DNA of 30,186 nt from a virus. Lineage: Duplodnaviria; Caudoviricetes. Shown one piece after another: positions 1 to 7,426 of this stretch. Numbering within the stretch: the stretch's first letter is position 1; every line of letters begins with the position of its first letter. Location of the stretch: positions 1-30,186 of IMG/VR virus record IMGVR_UViG_3300045119_000083; one strand, written 5' to 3'. The position numbers were made by a program, and so were the translations under genes. The notes beneath the pieces were generated by a model. The model ran no database searches, had not been told where the DNA came from, and saw only the letters and a program-made list of their open reading frames with translations.

Positions 1-77
1 CCCCCGCAGCAGCCCCCGCAGCAGCCCCCGCAGCATCCCCCGCAGCATCCCACGCAGCAGCCCGCGCAGCAGCCCGC
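1..77. repeat. 12-bp coding tandem repeat, at least 6.4 copies
   Basis: Units ccc(c/a/g)cgcagca(g/t) start at 1, 13, 25, 37, 49, 61 and 73 (last one partial). Confidence 0.95.
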
Positions 78-382
78 TCCTCCTCGGTCGCCTCGCCATT
101 TGTGAATCGTTCCGCGACATCCAGCGCATCGAGGCTGCGTTGATCGGTCATCAGGTGTTGCACTTGTCGGGCACACCAGACGCCGAACAAGCGGATTTCA
201 CGGTCGTGACCTTTGACGGCTTGCAGGCACCACAGCGCGTCATCGAGGCCATTGCTGTCCAGTACCGTGACGATGCTCAAGGGCTCGTCATCGGCCTTGG
301 TCTTGCCAAGGTGCGCGAGGAGTTTTGTCCAGCCCTCGGTGCATGGCGATTTGTCACGGATCTGATTCAGCGTCGTCTTCAT
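1..382 (-). CDS. Early-left phage protein with C-terminal AA(G/W/R)(A/D) tandem repeats; 3' end runs off the window
   Basis: Not in the ORF track. Hand translation from ATG 382: MKTTLNQIRDKSPCTEGWTKLLAHLGKTKADDEPLSIVTVLDSNGLDDALWCL...LDVAERFTNGEATEEERAAARAAAWDAAGDAAGAAAG, with no stop to the window edge. A commonly seen phage protein type. Confidence 0.85.
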   Translation of the reverse strand, partial: MKTTLNQIRDKSPCTEGWTKLLAHLGKTKADDEPLSIVTVLDSNGLDDALWCLQAVKGHDREIRLFGVWCARQVQHLMTDQRSLDALDVAERFTNGEATEEERAAARAAAWDAAGDAAGAAAGAAAG

Positions 383-461
383 TTGCTCTTCTCTAGTTAT
401 TGGTTGCTCTTGCTAAAAAACTCTCAACTCCGATGCACTAGCTCGTAGTGCATGAGGGTTG

Positions 462-884
462 TTAGTCAGACGACGAACTGCAAGAGCCCGAGTCGCTCGA
501 ACTGCTGGAACTGGAATCGCTGGAGGAGCTGGACGAACTGGAATCGCTCCAACTGGACGACGCGCCGCCGCCGCCGAAATCGCCGCCGCCACCAGAGGAG
601 AAGGCGGGCTCAGACGTCGGGGCAGGAACGGACACGGCGGGCTCCGAGTACGCGGGGAAGGGCCATGCAGCAGGAGAGCTGAAAGAGGACTCGACAGCGC
701 GAGGAGGACTGACGAAGCGCGATGAAGCTGAAGGCTTAGCGCTGCCGGATGGCTTGGCGTGCAATAGGTCGGCGCTGCACTTGGCGAATTCCGCGTATGC
801 ATTGCACGCCGCGTCTTCGCTGATTTCTCGCACCGAGCCAACAAACTGATCGCTGCGGTATATGTCCCAAAGTTTCTTGATCAC
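462..884 (-). CDS. First PL gene; protein with GGGGDFGGGGASSSW motif and poly-Ser tail
   Basis: GTG start with GGAG RBS upstream; 140 aa; low-complexity C-terminus. Confidence 0.8.
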   Translation of the reverse strand: MIKKLWDIYRSDQFVGSVREISEDAACNAYAEFAKCSADLLHAKPSGSAKPSASSRFVSPPRAVESSFSSPAAWPFPAYSEPAVSVPAPTSEPAFSSGGGGDFGGGGASSSWSDSSSSSSSSDSSSSSSSDSGSCSSSSD

Positions 885-902
885 AGTTTTCTCCAGTTAG
901 GT

Positions 903-1019
903 TTACTTCGCTCACCCCATCCAGCTACGCAGAACATCTGCTAGAACCGCCTCGGACCTCTCGTTGGCTTTGACCAGGTATGCGGACTGGTCGGGTTCGT
1001 GGTGCTTGTGGAGCGAGTG
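903..1019 (-). ncRNA. Candidate structured 5' leader of the PL transcript
   Basis: Terminal pairing ACUCGCUC/GAGCG-A-AGU enclosing GAACC/GGUUC, GACCAG/CUGGUC and GCAGA/UCUGC stems. Confidence 0.45.
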
Positions 1020-1025
1020 AGAATT

Positions 1026-1054
1026 AATGTACACGCAATGTGGAGTTGAGTCAA
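1026..1054 (-). promoter_or_regulatory. PL promoter with overlapping operator
   Basis: TTGACT-17 nt-TACATT on the minus strand; spacer TCCACATTGCGTGTA resembles the PR operator. Confidence 0.8.
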
Positions 1055-1107
1055 CAAATAATTTAGTTGAATTTGCGACTTTGAGAAACGGCGTGTAGTA
1101 CGGACGT

Positions 1108-1134
1108 TAAAAAGCCACCTCGAATGGGTGGCTT
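1108..1134 (-). terminator. Intrinsic terminator downstream of cI
   Basis: AAGCCACC/GGTGGCTT hairpin followed by a T-tract on the minus strand. Confidence 0.8.
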
Positions 1135-1215
1135 ATGTGGCACTAATGCCTTCCTAGGGTATGGCCGCTGGCGCCCTTGGTCTAAAGGCGTAAATTTGGC
1201 ACGGGCTCTTGTGCC

Positions 1216-1662
1216 CTATGCCTGCCGTTGCTGGTCCTCTCCGGGATCGGTCGTCAATTCCCCCGATAAACGGCTACCTATGAGCGCTATCGCACCGGCA
1301 TTCGCTTTAGGGTTTTTCAGGAACAGGGTAAGCATGGATAGCACGTCATCCCTGGTGTCCTGATCGGCTGCTGTGGCAGCTAGCGCGAAGGCCCTTAGAT
1401 CCGTGAGGAGAGCCCGCGTATTGCGTCCTCCGGCTATGTTTGTGGGAGCGTGGCCCACACCCTCTATCTGATCGACTGTGAATGGGCGAAGCGCATCCGC
1501 TATAGCCCTGTATCTCCTGGGCGGAACTCCGCGTGTTTTCCAGTTCTGTACCACCTGGTCAGACGTACCAATCTCCCTGGCGAGCCACGCCCAATTTTTA
1601 TGGCGGCGCACCAACTCGGCATTAATGATTTCCCACGGACTCATTACTACATTCTTTGCCAT
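1216..1662 (-). CDS. cI: CI-like prophage repressor (N-terminal HTH, no S24 peptidase domain); alternative start at 1644
   Basis: HTH-like WAWLAREIGTSDQVVQNWKTRGVP; divergent from cro, between PL and PR. Confidence 0.8.
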   Translation of the reverse strand: MAKNVVMSPWEIINAELVRRHKNWAWLAREIGTSDQVVQNWKTRGVPPRRYRAIADALRPFTVDQIEGVGHAPTNIAGGRNTRALLTDLRAFALAATAADQDTRDDVLSMLTLFLKNPKANAGAIALIGSRLSGELTTDPGEDQQRQA

Positions 1663-1677
1663 GGCAAAAACTAAATG

Positions 1678-1707
1678 TTGACTCAAACTACACATTAGGT
1701 GTACCAT
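1678..1707 (+). promoter_or_regulatory. PR promoter with palindromic operator TACAC-N5-GTGTA (1689-1703)
   Basis: TTGACT-18 nt-TACCAT; nearly identical to PL (TGTTGACTCAA...CACATT..GTGTAC). Confidence 0.75.
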
Positions 1708-1714
1708 GGTCGCC

Positions 1715-1930
1715 ATGACCCAAATCGAAAAAGACGCCGCACTCATCGCGGAACTTGGCGGCCCCGCAAAGGTAGCGGAGCTGCTCAGCTATGCGGACGG
1801 CGGGGTCCAGCGCGTTTTCAACTGGACGGTTCGCGGCATTCCATCTGCCATAAAGCTCGAACGCCCAGACCTCTTTTTGCGCGATTTCCCCGCCTTTCGA
1901 AAGCAGCAAAAGCAAACAGCCAAGGCCTGA
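1715..1930 (+). CDS. cro: Cro-like HTH regulator, probably leaderless
   Basis: LIAELGGPAKVAELL...VQRVFNWTVRGIP is Cro/YdaS-like; ATG lies 7 nt after the -10 box. Confidence 0.85.
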   Translation: MTQIEKDAALIAELGGPAKVAELLSYADGGVQRVFNWTVRGIPSAIKLERPDLFLRDFPAFRKQQKQTAKA

Positions 1931-2048
1931 GCCATGCACCAGCGCCTGATCCCCTCTGACAACTCGCGGCAGTCCTGCAAGGGCGGCGGTGTGGATGTGG
2001 AGCCATGTGTTTTTCATAGCCTCCAGTCTCGTTTTTTTGTCCAACTTT

Positions 2049-2068
2049 GAGACGGCAACAGACCGCAA
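2049..2068 (-). promoter_or_regulatory. CII-type binding site of a PRE-like promoter
   Basis: Minus strand TTGCGGTCTG-TTGCCGTCTC is a 10-bp direct repeat containing TTGC-N6-TTGC, immediately upstream of cII. Confidence 0.6.
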
Positions 2069-2074
2069 CCCGAC

Positions 2075-2455
2075 ATGCCATCTATTTCTCCCTCCCAAAT
2101 GACGCTCAGTTTTGAGCCTTCATTGCCTGACCGCTTTCCCTCTCTGCGTAGCTATATAGCGCACCGCACGCCACTGTTGGCGAAGTCGGCCAAGGTGATT
2201 GCTGGTGATATGGACATGAGTCCTTCAATGCTCAGCCGGAAGCTGAACCCGACAGAGGGCGACACACAGCGATTCAACCTTGACGACTTCGAGGCATTTC
2301 TTGAATCGACAGGTGACGCCCCCGCCTATATCGAATACCTCGCCGCCAAATTCATGGACAGCCCAGAAGCACGCAAGGCGCGGGTTATTTCTAAGGTTGA
2401 AAACTTGGCCGAACAACTGGCCCACGCGATGGCCTCACTCAAGGATGCGTCATGA
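2075..2455 (+). CDS. cII: Phage regulatory CII-family protein
   Basis: HTH KVIAGDMDMSPSMLSRKLNP; position after cro. Confidence 0.75.
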   Translation: MPSISPSQMTLSFEPSLPDRFPSLRSYIAHRTPLLAKSAKVIAGDMDMSPSMLSRKLNPTEGDTQRFNLDDFEAFLESTGDAPAYIEYLAAKFMDSPEARKARVISKVENLAEQLAHAMASLKDAS

Positions 2456-3222
2456 GCTACGTCCAGAAGGTCGTTATCGGCGATGCGACGCTTTATCAGG
2501 GCGATTGCATGGATGTTCTGCCGACGCTAGGCAAGGTGGATGCGGTTATTACTGACCCGCCGTATGGGATCGTGCACGACTTTGGGACCCAGAAAAGGCT
2601 CGATGGTTCCAGAGCGCTTAAATGGGATTGGGATGGCGAAGGCACGCATGAAGCAATCCGAACAGCGCTTGCAGGCTGCCTGGCTATTTTAAATAGGCCT
2701 GGAAATGCTTTTGCCTTTGCCGGTTTCGACACGATAGAGATCTCGCGGGAATTGTTCCGTAAGGCCGGCATGGTTCCGAAGCCATGGGCATGGGTGAAAC
2801 TGTGCCCACCACCTGCCATGCCCGGTAACCGATGGCCCTCAGCCTTTGAGGTTGCATGTCTTGGGTATGACTCAGGCTCCTATTTTGCCGATGCTAATGC
2901 ATCAAGAAAAAACGTGATGGTGGTGGATGCATTGCGTGCTGGCAATTCTGAGAAGGCTGGGCACCCAACCCAAAAGCCCATTGCGGTGATGGCTCACCTT
3001 GTAGCCGCTCTTGTTGCCCCCGGCACGACTGCGCTTGACCCCTTCATGGGCAGCGGAACTACGGGAGTAGCTGCTATTCAGCTAGGCCGAAAGTTTATCG
3101 GCATTGAGCGCGAACCAAAATACTTCGACATTGCCTGCAAGCGCATAGAGCAAGCCCACGCTCAGGGCCAGCTATTCGCGCCCACCCAGAAACCACAAGA
3201 GCAGCTTTCCATAGCCGCCTAA
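2452..3222 (+). CDS. Orphan N6-adenine/N4-cytosine DNA methyltransferase, beta class
   Basis: ITDPPYG catalytic motif precedes HPTQKP and the LDPFMGSGTTG SAM-binding motif. Confidence 0.95.
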   Translation: MSYVQKVVIGDATLYQGDCMDVLPTLGKVDAVITDPPYGIVHDFGTQKRLDGSRALKWDWDGEGTHEAIRTALAGCLAILNRPGNAFAFAGFDTIEISRELFRKAGMVPKPWAWVKLCPPPAMPGNRWPSAFEVACLGYDSGSYFADANASRKNVMVVDALRAGNSEKAGHPTQKPIAVMAHLVAALVAPGTTALDPFMGSGTTGVAAIQLGRKFIGIEREPKYFDIACKRIEQAHAQGQLFAPTQKPQEQLSIAA

Positions 3223-3246
3223 CCCCACCTACCTAAGGAGAACGAG

Positions 3247-3525
3247 ATGAACTGCAAACCTGGAGATTTGGCCGTAATTGTTCGTGCGCAGTACCCGGAA
3301 AATCTCGGCCTTTTTGTGACGGTTGTAAGGCCGCACCCGCGTCAAAAACATGGGTGGATGGTAGAGGGGAGTGGCCCCGGTGACTGGTGCCTAGACGAAG
3401 ACCTCCGCCCCATCCGCGACAACCCCGGCAACGAGCAATTCGTAATAGAGGCCCGCAAGACCCTCCCTCGCCCAACCCCCGTAACTGGTCCTGTGACCAT
3501 CAATGAGAGGGGGGAGCCAGCATGA
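3247..3525 (+). CDS. Phage hypothetical protein (MNCKPGDLA type)
   Basis: AAGGAG RBS; stop overlaps the next start (ATGA). Confidence 0.8.
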   Translation: MNCKPGDLAVIVRAQYPENLGLFVTVVRPHPRQKHGWMVEGSGPGDWCLDEDLRPIRDNPGNEQFVIEARKTLPRPTPVTGPVTINERGEPA

Positions 3526-3980
3526 GCGCCGACCAAATGCGAAAGGAGTTTGAGGCATGGTTTTCCGATGATGGCGCGTGGCCGAAAGCCTGTGCACGAT
3601 CTGCGGATGGGGACTACATCCACATGAGCGCAAGCACTTCTTGGACTGCATGGCAGGCAGCATACGCCGCTGCAAGAAAAGACCATGTGCCGCTATCTAT
3701 CGACGGGAATTCTGTTTATATCGATGGCCTCGGTGATGTCGCCCTCGCCACCCAACCACAAGGGGCTGTGACAGACGCCGAGCGATATAAAAAACTGCGC
3801 CGCTGGATGAGCAGCAATGTCAAAGAAGGCTGGACAGAGGTGGAAAACCTTGGGGCCATTGCGGCATACATGGGCTGGGACGAGATGGACAAAGCGCTGG
3901 ATGGACTCCCTATGTGCACCGTCGGACTTTGCAGCCTGCCCGCCGCCCCCAAGACTGAAACACCAGAGGGGGAGCAATGA
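3522..3980 (+). CDS. Phage hypothetical protein (Ea/nin-region type mosaic)
   Basis: GGGGAG RBS; ATGA overlaps at both ends; DAERY motif. Confidence 0.75.
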   Translation: MSADQMRKEFEAWFSDDGAWPKACARSADGDYIHMSASTSWTAWQAAYAAARKDHVPLSIDGNSVYIDGLGDVALATQPQGAVTDAERYKKLRRWMSSNVKEGWTEVENLGAIAAYMGWDEMDKALDGLPMCTVGLCSLPAAPKTETPEGEQ

Positions 3981-4300
3981 ACACCGACCGCGAACTTTTG
4001 GAGTTGGCGGCTAAGGCTGCGGGGTATCGCATCTGCCACCTTGCCGACGATGACCGCGCCGCTTATGTTTCCAATGATTTGACGGGTTGCCGGTTTTACT
4101 GGCGTCCATATACCGATGACGGTGATTCGCTGCGGCTCGCTGAAAAGCTGAGCATCAATATACAAATGGGCGAACAGTACGCATGGAAGCGCCTTGACAC
4201 TGGCGTTTTGATCCAAGAGTTTTGGGGTGCAGACCATCCACCCTGCCATCGGCACGCAATCGTTCGTGTTGCTGCTGAAATCTTAATGGCCAAATCATGA
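3977..4300 (+). CDS. Phage hypothetical protein (TDRELLELAAKAAG type)
   Basis: GGGGAG RBS; ATGA overlaps. Confidence 0.8.
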   Translation: MNTDRELLELAAKAAGYRICHLADDDRAAYVSNDLTGCRFYWRPYTDDGDSLRLAEKLSINIQMGEQYAWKRLDTGVLIQEFWGADHPPCHRHAIVRVAAEILMAKS

Positions 4301-4605
4301 CCCCCATCAACCTAGGAATCATCGGACAGGACGGACCAGACTTCACCCGCCGCCACTGCCGCACTAATGGCCCAACCACCAGCGAGAAGGCCGCAGTAAG
4401 GGCTGAGGGCTTCTACAAGGGGCATTGCAAGACCATCCTGGCGTCGATCAAGGAAAACGGCCCACAGACCGCCAAGGAGATGGCGCGCACTACTGGGCTG
4501 ACCTCGGTTCAAATCTCGCGCCGCACCAAGGATCTGCAAGTGGCCGGGCTGATCAAGGAAACCGGGCTTGAGCGCGATGGGTGCCGCGTGTTGGAGGCTG
4601 CGTGA
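4297..4605 (+). CDS. Winged-helix DNA-binding protein
   Basis: GPQTAKEMARTTGLTSVQISRRTKDLQVAGLIKETG. Confidence 0.75.
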   Translation: MTPINLGIIGQDGPDFTRRHCRTNGPTTSEKAAVRAEGFYKGHCKTILASIKENGPQTAKEMARTTGLTSVQISRRTKDLQVAGLIKETGLERDGCRVLEAA

Positions 4606-5195
4606 GCGTCCCACAAGTCCGCGAATACCTAAATGCGACGTTCGCAGGCGGGCGCACGCAGAAATGTTGGATGTGTGGCTGCGTGTTGACCCGCAAGACG
4701 GCTACCGCAGACCACCTTGTCGCGCAAAGCATGGGAGGCGGTCACAAGCCTGAAAACCTTCGCCCAGCATGCAAGGCATGCAACAACGAGCGGGGAAACA
4801 GGGAACTGACGCCGGGCGAATGGAACAAGGCGCTGACTTACCGTGAAACACAACAGGGTGTAAGCCGCAAGGTTGCCGCAGTCGTCTCGCTGGTCAAGCG
4901 CCAGCGAACTTTTGAATCAGATAAATGTGCCCGTGGCGCAATTGGATTAGCGCACGGAGCTTCGACCTCCGGGGTTGCGGGTTCGAATCCTGCCGGGCAC
5001 GCCATCAACATCAAGGAGAAATCTATGAAAACGCAGCTTTGGCTTACTGAAACTGAGCGCGATCTTGTTGAGACCGCTTTGAAGGCATTTCTTGAGCAGG
5101 CCGACGCTGAATTGGTCGGCCCGGCAAACAAGCGCTGCCGCGGTTATGTGGCCCGACGCATCGCTGCGATGCTGGCCCGTGTGGAAAAGAAGTAA
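4602..5195 (+). CDS. HNH endonuclease; reading frame continues through a tRNA gene
   Basis: GTG overlaps the previous stop; CWMC...TADHLVAQSMGG...ENLRPACKACNNERGN; no stop until 5195. Confidence 0.8.
   Translation: MSVPQVREYLNATFAGGRTQKCWMCGCVLTRKTATADHLVAQSMGGGHKPENLRPACKACNNERGNRELTPGEWNKALTYRETQQGVSRKVAAVVSLVKRQRTFESDKCARGAIGLAHGASTSGVAGSNPAGHAINIKEKSMKTQLWLTETERDLVETALKAFLEQADAELVGPANKRCRGYVARRIAAMLARVEKK
4927..5004 (+). tRNA. tRNA-Arg(UCG) with encoded CCA
   Basis: Acceptor GTGCCCG/CGGGCAC; D stem GCGC/GCGC with GG and A20; anticodon arm CGGAG-CTTCGAC-CTCCG; T arm GCGGG-TTCGAAT-CCTGC; G73 then CCA. Confidence 0.95.
5025..5195 (+). CDS. 56-aa hypothetical protein, in frame with the HNH ORF but with its own RBS
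   Basis: AAGGAG RBS before ATG 5025; MKTQLWLTETERDLVETALKAFL. Confidence 0.7.
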   Translation: MKTQLWLTETERDLVETALKAFLEQADAELVGPANKRCRGYVARRIAAMLARVEKK

Positions 5196-5210
5196 CCAGC
5201 CACGCCTCAA

Positions 5211-5951
5211 ATGATCATCGTTCCGAACAACTGGGGGGAACTCCAGCATTACAAGGATCGTTCGCCGCCATGGATCAAGCTGCACAAAAAGCTGCTTGAC
5301 AACTTCGACTGGCATTCGTTGCCTGTTGCTAGCAGAGCGCTAGCACCCATGCTTTGGTTACTTGCAAGTGAGCACGACAGGGGGGAGATAGACGCCGCCC
5401 CTAAGAAACTCGCTTTCCGGCTTCGCATGAGTGAGCGTGAGGCTACCGAGGCTTTAAGGCCGTTGATTGATAACGGTTTTTTTGAGGTGGTGCTTGACGA
5501 TAGCGACACGCTAGCAGCAAGCAAGCAAGCTGCTTGTCTAGAGGAGAGGCAGAGGAGAGAAAGAGAAGAGGCAGAGCAGAAGGCGCGAGACTTTGAGATT
5601 TTCTGGCAGGCATACCCGAAGAAGGACGCGAAGAAGGATGCGATAGCGGCTTGGGCAAAGGTCAAGGTCCCACTGGCAACGATCCTGGCAGCGATTGAGC
5701 GCAAGCGTGGCTCCGAGGACTGGACGAAATCGAAAGGTCAGTTCGTGCCACTGCCGGCGACATGGCTGAACGGCAAGCGCTGGGAGGACGCTGCGAGCGA
5801 CAACTTGGCCGTATCCAGCATATGGCACCAATCCGCAGCCGGCGTGAAGGCCAAGGCTGCGGAGCTTGACCTTGATCCCCACGACGAAGTTATGGAGCCG
5901 TTTCCAATGTTCAAAGCCCGCGTCATGAAAGCAGCGGAGGCCCACGTATGA
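5211..5951 (+). CDS. Replication initiator / replisome organiser
   Basis: QHYKDRSPPWIKLH N-terminus and FEIFWQAYPKK...PATWLNGKRWED C-terminal domain, typical of phage initiators. Confidence 0.8.
   Translation: MIIVPNNWGELQHYKDRSPPWIKLHKKLLDNFDWHSLPVASRALAPMLWLLASEHDRGEIDAAPKKLAFRLRMSEREATEALRPLIDNGFFEVVLDDSDTLAASKQAACLEERQRREREEAEQKARDFEIFWQAYPKKDAKKDAIAAWAKVKVPLATILAAIERKRGSEDWTKSKGQFVPLPATWLNGKRWEDAASDNLAVSSIWHQSAAGVKAKAAELDLDPHDEVMEPFPMFKARVMKAAEAHV
5499..5585. other. Putative replication origin inside the initiator gene
   Basis: 11-bp periodic GCTAGCA-like iterons (gatagcgacac, gctagcagcaa, gcaagcaagct) followed by a purine-rich tract; further GCTAGCA copies at 5328 and 5339. Confidence 0.6.
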
Positions 5952-6148
5952 CCAGGACCCATGCCGCTTACCAGCTGCTGCGCCACGGGCCGCTGACCCT
6001 TGAGCAATTTCGCTGGATCACCTGCTGGCCGACCATTACCGAGTGCCGGGAAGTGCTGGATGTATTGCGGAAAGAAAAGAAGGTGGTTCTGCGCCAAGAG
6101 CGCGGATGCAGGTTTTACGACATTGCCAAACCTAGGCGGTGCAGATGA
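5948..6148 (+). CDS. Small putative wHTH protein
   Basis: ATGA overlaps at both ends; LLRHGPLT. Confidence 0.7.
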   Translation: MTRTHAAYQLLRHGPLTLEQFRWITCWPTITECREVLDVLRKEKKVVLRQERGCRFYDIAKPRRCR

Positions 6149-6777
6149 TCCGCCCAAAGCCAGCCAAGCAAAAGAAGTGCAAGGTCTGCCCGAGCATGTT
6201 CACCCCATCACGCCTAGGGCAGAAGGTCTGCGGGCCTATGTGCGCTTTGACCTATGCCAGGTCAATCCGCGGCAAGGATGAAAAACGGGAGGCCATAAAA
6301 GAGCGGCGCGAGACGAAGGCGAAGCTGAAAGAGCTTAAGCCGCGCAATTATTGGTACGCAAAGGCCAAGGTAGCCATCCAGGCTTCGCGCCGGCTTGAGG
6401 AGCTTGTAAAGGGCAGCGGCTGCATGAGTTGCGGACGGTCACAGAAAGAGGTTGCCGGAACGGATGCATGGAAGCCGGGTGGTCTGTGGGACGGCGGCCA
6501 CTTCATGAGTAAGGGCGCCCGGCCGGAGTTGGCCCTGGAGCCTTTGAATATCTGGCTTCAATGCAAGTCATGCAATGGCGGATCTGGGAAGTACGCGCGC
6601 AAGGGCTATACCGTAAATGCATCGTTTGAGGCCAATCTGAGGGCTAAAGAGGGCGATGAGCTGGTGGACTGGCTCAGGGGCCCCCACGAACTCAAGCATT
6701 ACACAGCCGAGCAGTTGCAGGCCATGGAGCGCGAGTTTTCGGCAAAGGCCAAAGAGCTGAAAGCGAGGCGGTCATGA
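6145..6777 (+). CDS. ninG: NinG/Rap recombination endonuclease
   Basis: KKCKVC...VCGPMCA, CMSCG, WDGGHFMSKGARPEL, NIWLQCKSCN. Confidence 0.9.
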   Translation: MIRPKPAKQKKCKVCPSMFTPSRLGQKVCGPMCALTYARSIRGKDEKREAIKERRETKAKLKELKPRNYWYAKAKVAIQASRRLEELVKGSGCMSCGRSQKEVAGTDAWKPGGLWDGGHFMSKGARPELALEPLNIWLQCKSCNGGSGKYARKGYTVNASFEANLRAKEGDELVDWLRGPHELKHYTAEQLQAMEREFSAKAKELKARRS

Positions 6778-6968
6778 TCCAGCAAGGACATCGATACAAA
6801 GGACCTGGGGTACTTCCTTGGCTGGCGCTGTCTTCCGGTGAGGGTGAGGTATTGGTTGCAACTATCGATAACCGCCGCCCTTGGCCGCTGGGTGAGCCGC
6901 GAACCATACTGTCGAGTTTTCTAAGCCCGTTACCCATGCGTTACTTCCATGACCAGGTGCCGGCATGA
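6774..6968 (+). CDS. Hypothetical protein
   Basis: GAGG RBS; ATGA overlaps at both ends. Confidence 0.7.
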   Translation: MIQQGHRYKGPGVLPWLALSSGEGEVLVATIDNRRPWPLGEPRTILSSFLSPLPMRYFHDQVPA

Positions 6969-7378
6969 GCAAGCGCATTTTCTTCATCGTAGGCGACTCG
7001 GTGCGATTCCGGGCGATAGATGCCGTTCACCAAGCCCCAATCGGTCACATGGTCACGCTCAGTGAGCCAACCCGAAACGCCGACCAGAACGCCAAGTTTC
7101 ACGCGATCTGCTCCGACCTTGGTAAGTCAAAGCTGCCGTGGGCTGGGAAGCCGCGCACGGCCGACCAATGGAAAGTCTTGCTTGTATCCGCTCACTCCAA
7201 AGCCACGGAGGAGGAGTTTGAAATCATCCCGGGCCTTGAGGGTGAGTTTGTCAACATCAGGGAAAGCACGGCCCTCATGAGCGTGAAGCGCAGTGCCAGC
7301 TTGATTACCTATTCGATAGCTTTTTGCGACATGAACGGCGTTCCGTTGCATGAGACAAAAAAACTGGAAACACATTAA
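6965..7378 (+). CDS. ninB: NinB/Orf recombination protein
   Basis: TRNADQNAKFHAICSDL...WK...PGLEGEFVNIRESTALMS. Confidence 0.9.
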   Translation: MSKRIFFIVGDSVRFRAIDAVHQAPIGHMVTLSEPTRNADQNAKFHAICSDLGKSKLPWAGKPRTADQWKVLLVSAHSKATEEEFEIIPGLEGEFVNIRESTALMSVKRSASLITYSIAFCDMNGVPLHETKKLETH

Positions 7379-7426
7379 CCCGATGCCTCGCAGCCTGGGC
7401 TACAGGTGCACCTACTAACAGGAGAA

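Noticed and set aside
1-77. CRISPR-like repeat array
   Set aside because: Units are contiguous 12-mers with no spacers and lie in a coding frame.
140-448. Plus-strand 102-aa ORF in the track
   Set aside because: Antisense shadow of the minus-strand gene starting at 382.
955-985. Twister ribozyme-like GGUCAAAGCC in the PL leader (minus strand)
   Set aside because: No P4 stem, UAA cleavage loop or pseudoknot partners.
2452-4900. Methyltransferase plus HNH as a restriction-modification pair
   Set aside because: They are separated by four genes, and both are common stand-alone phage genes.
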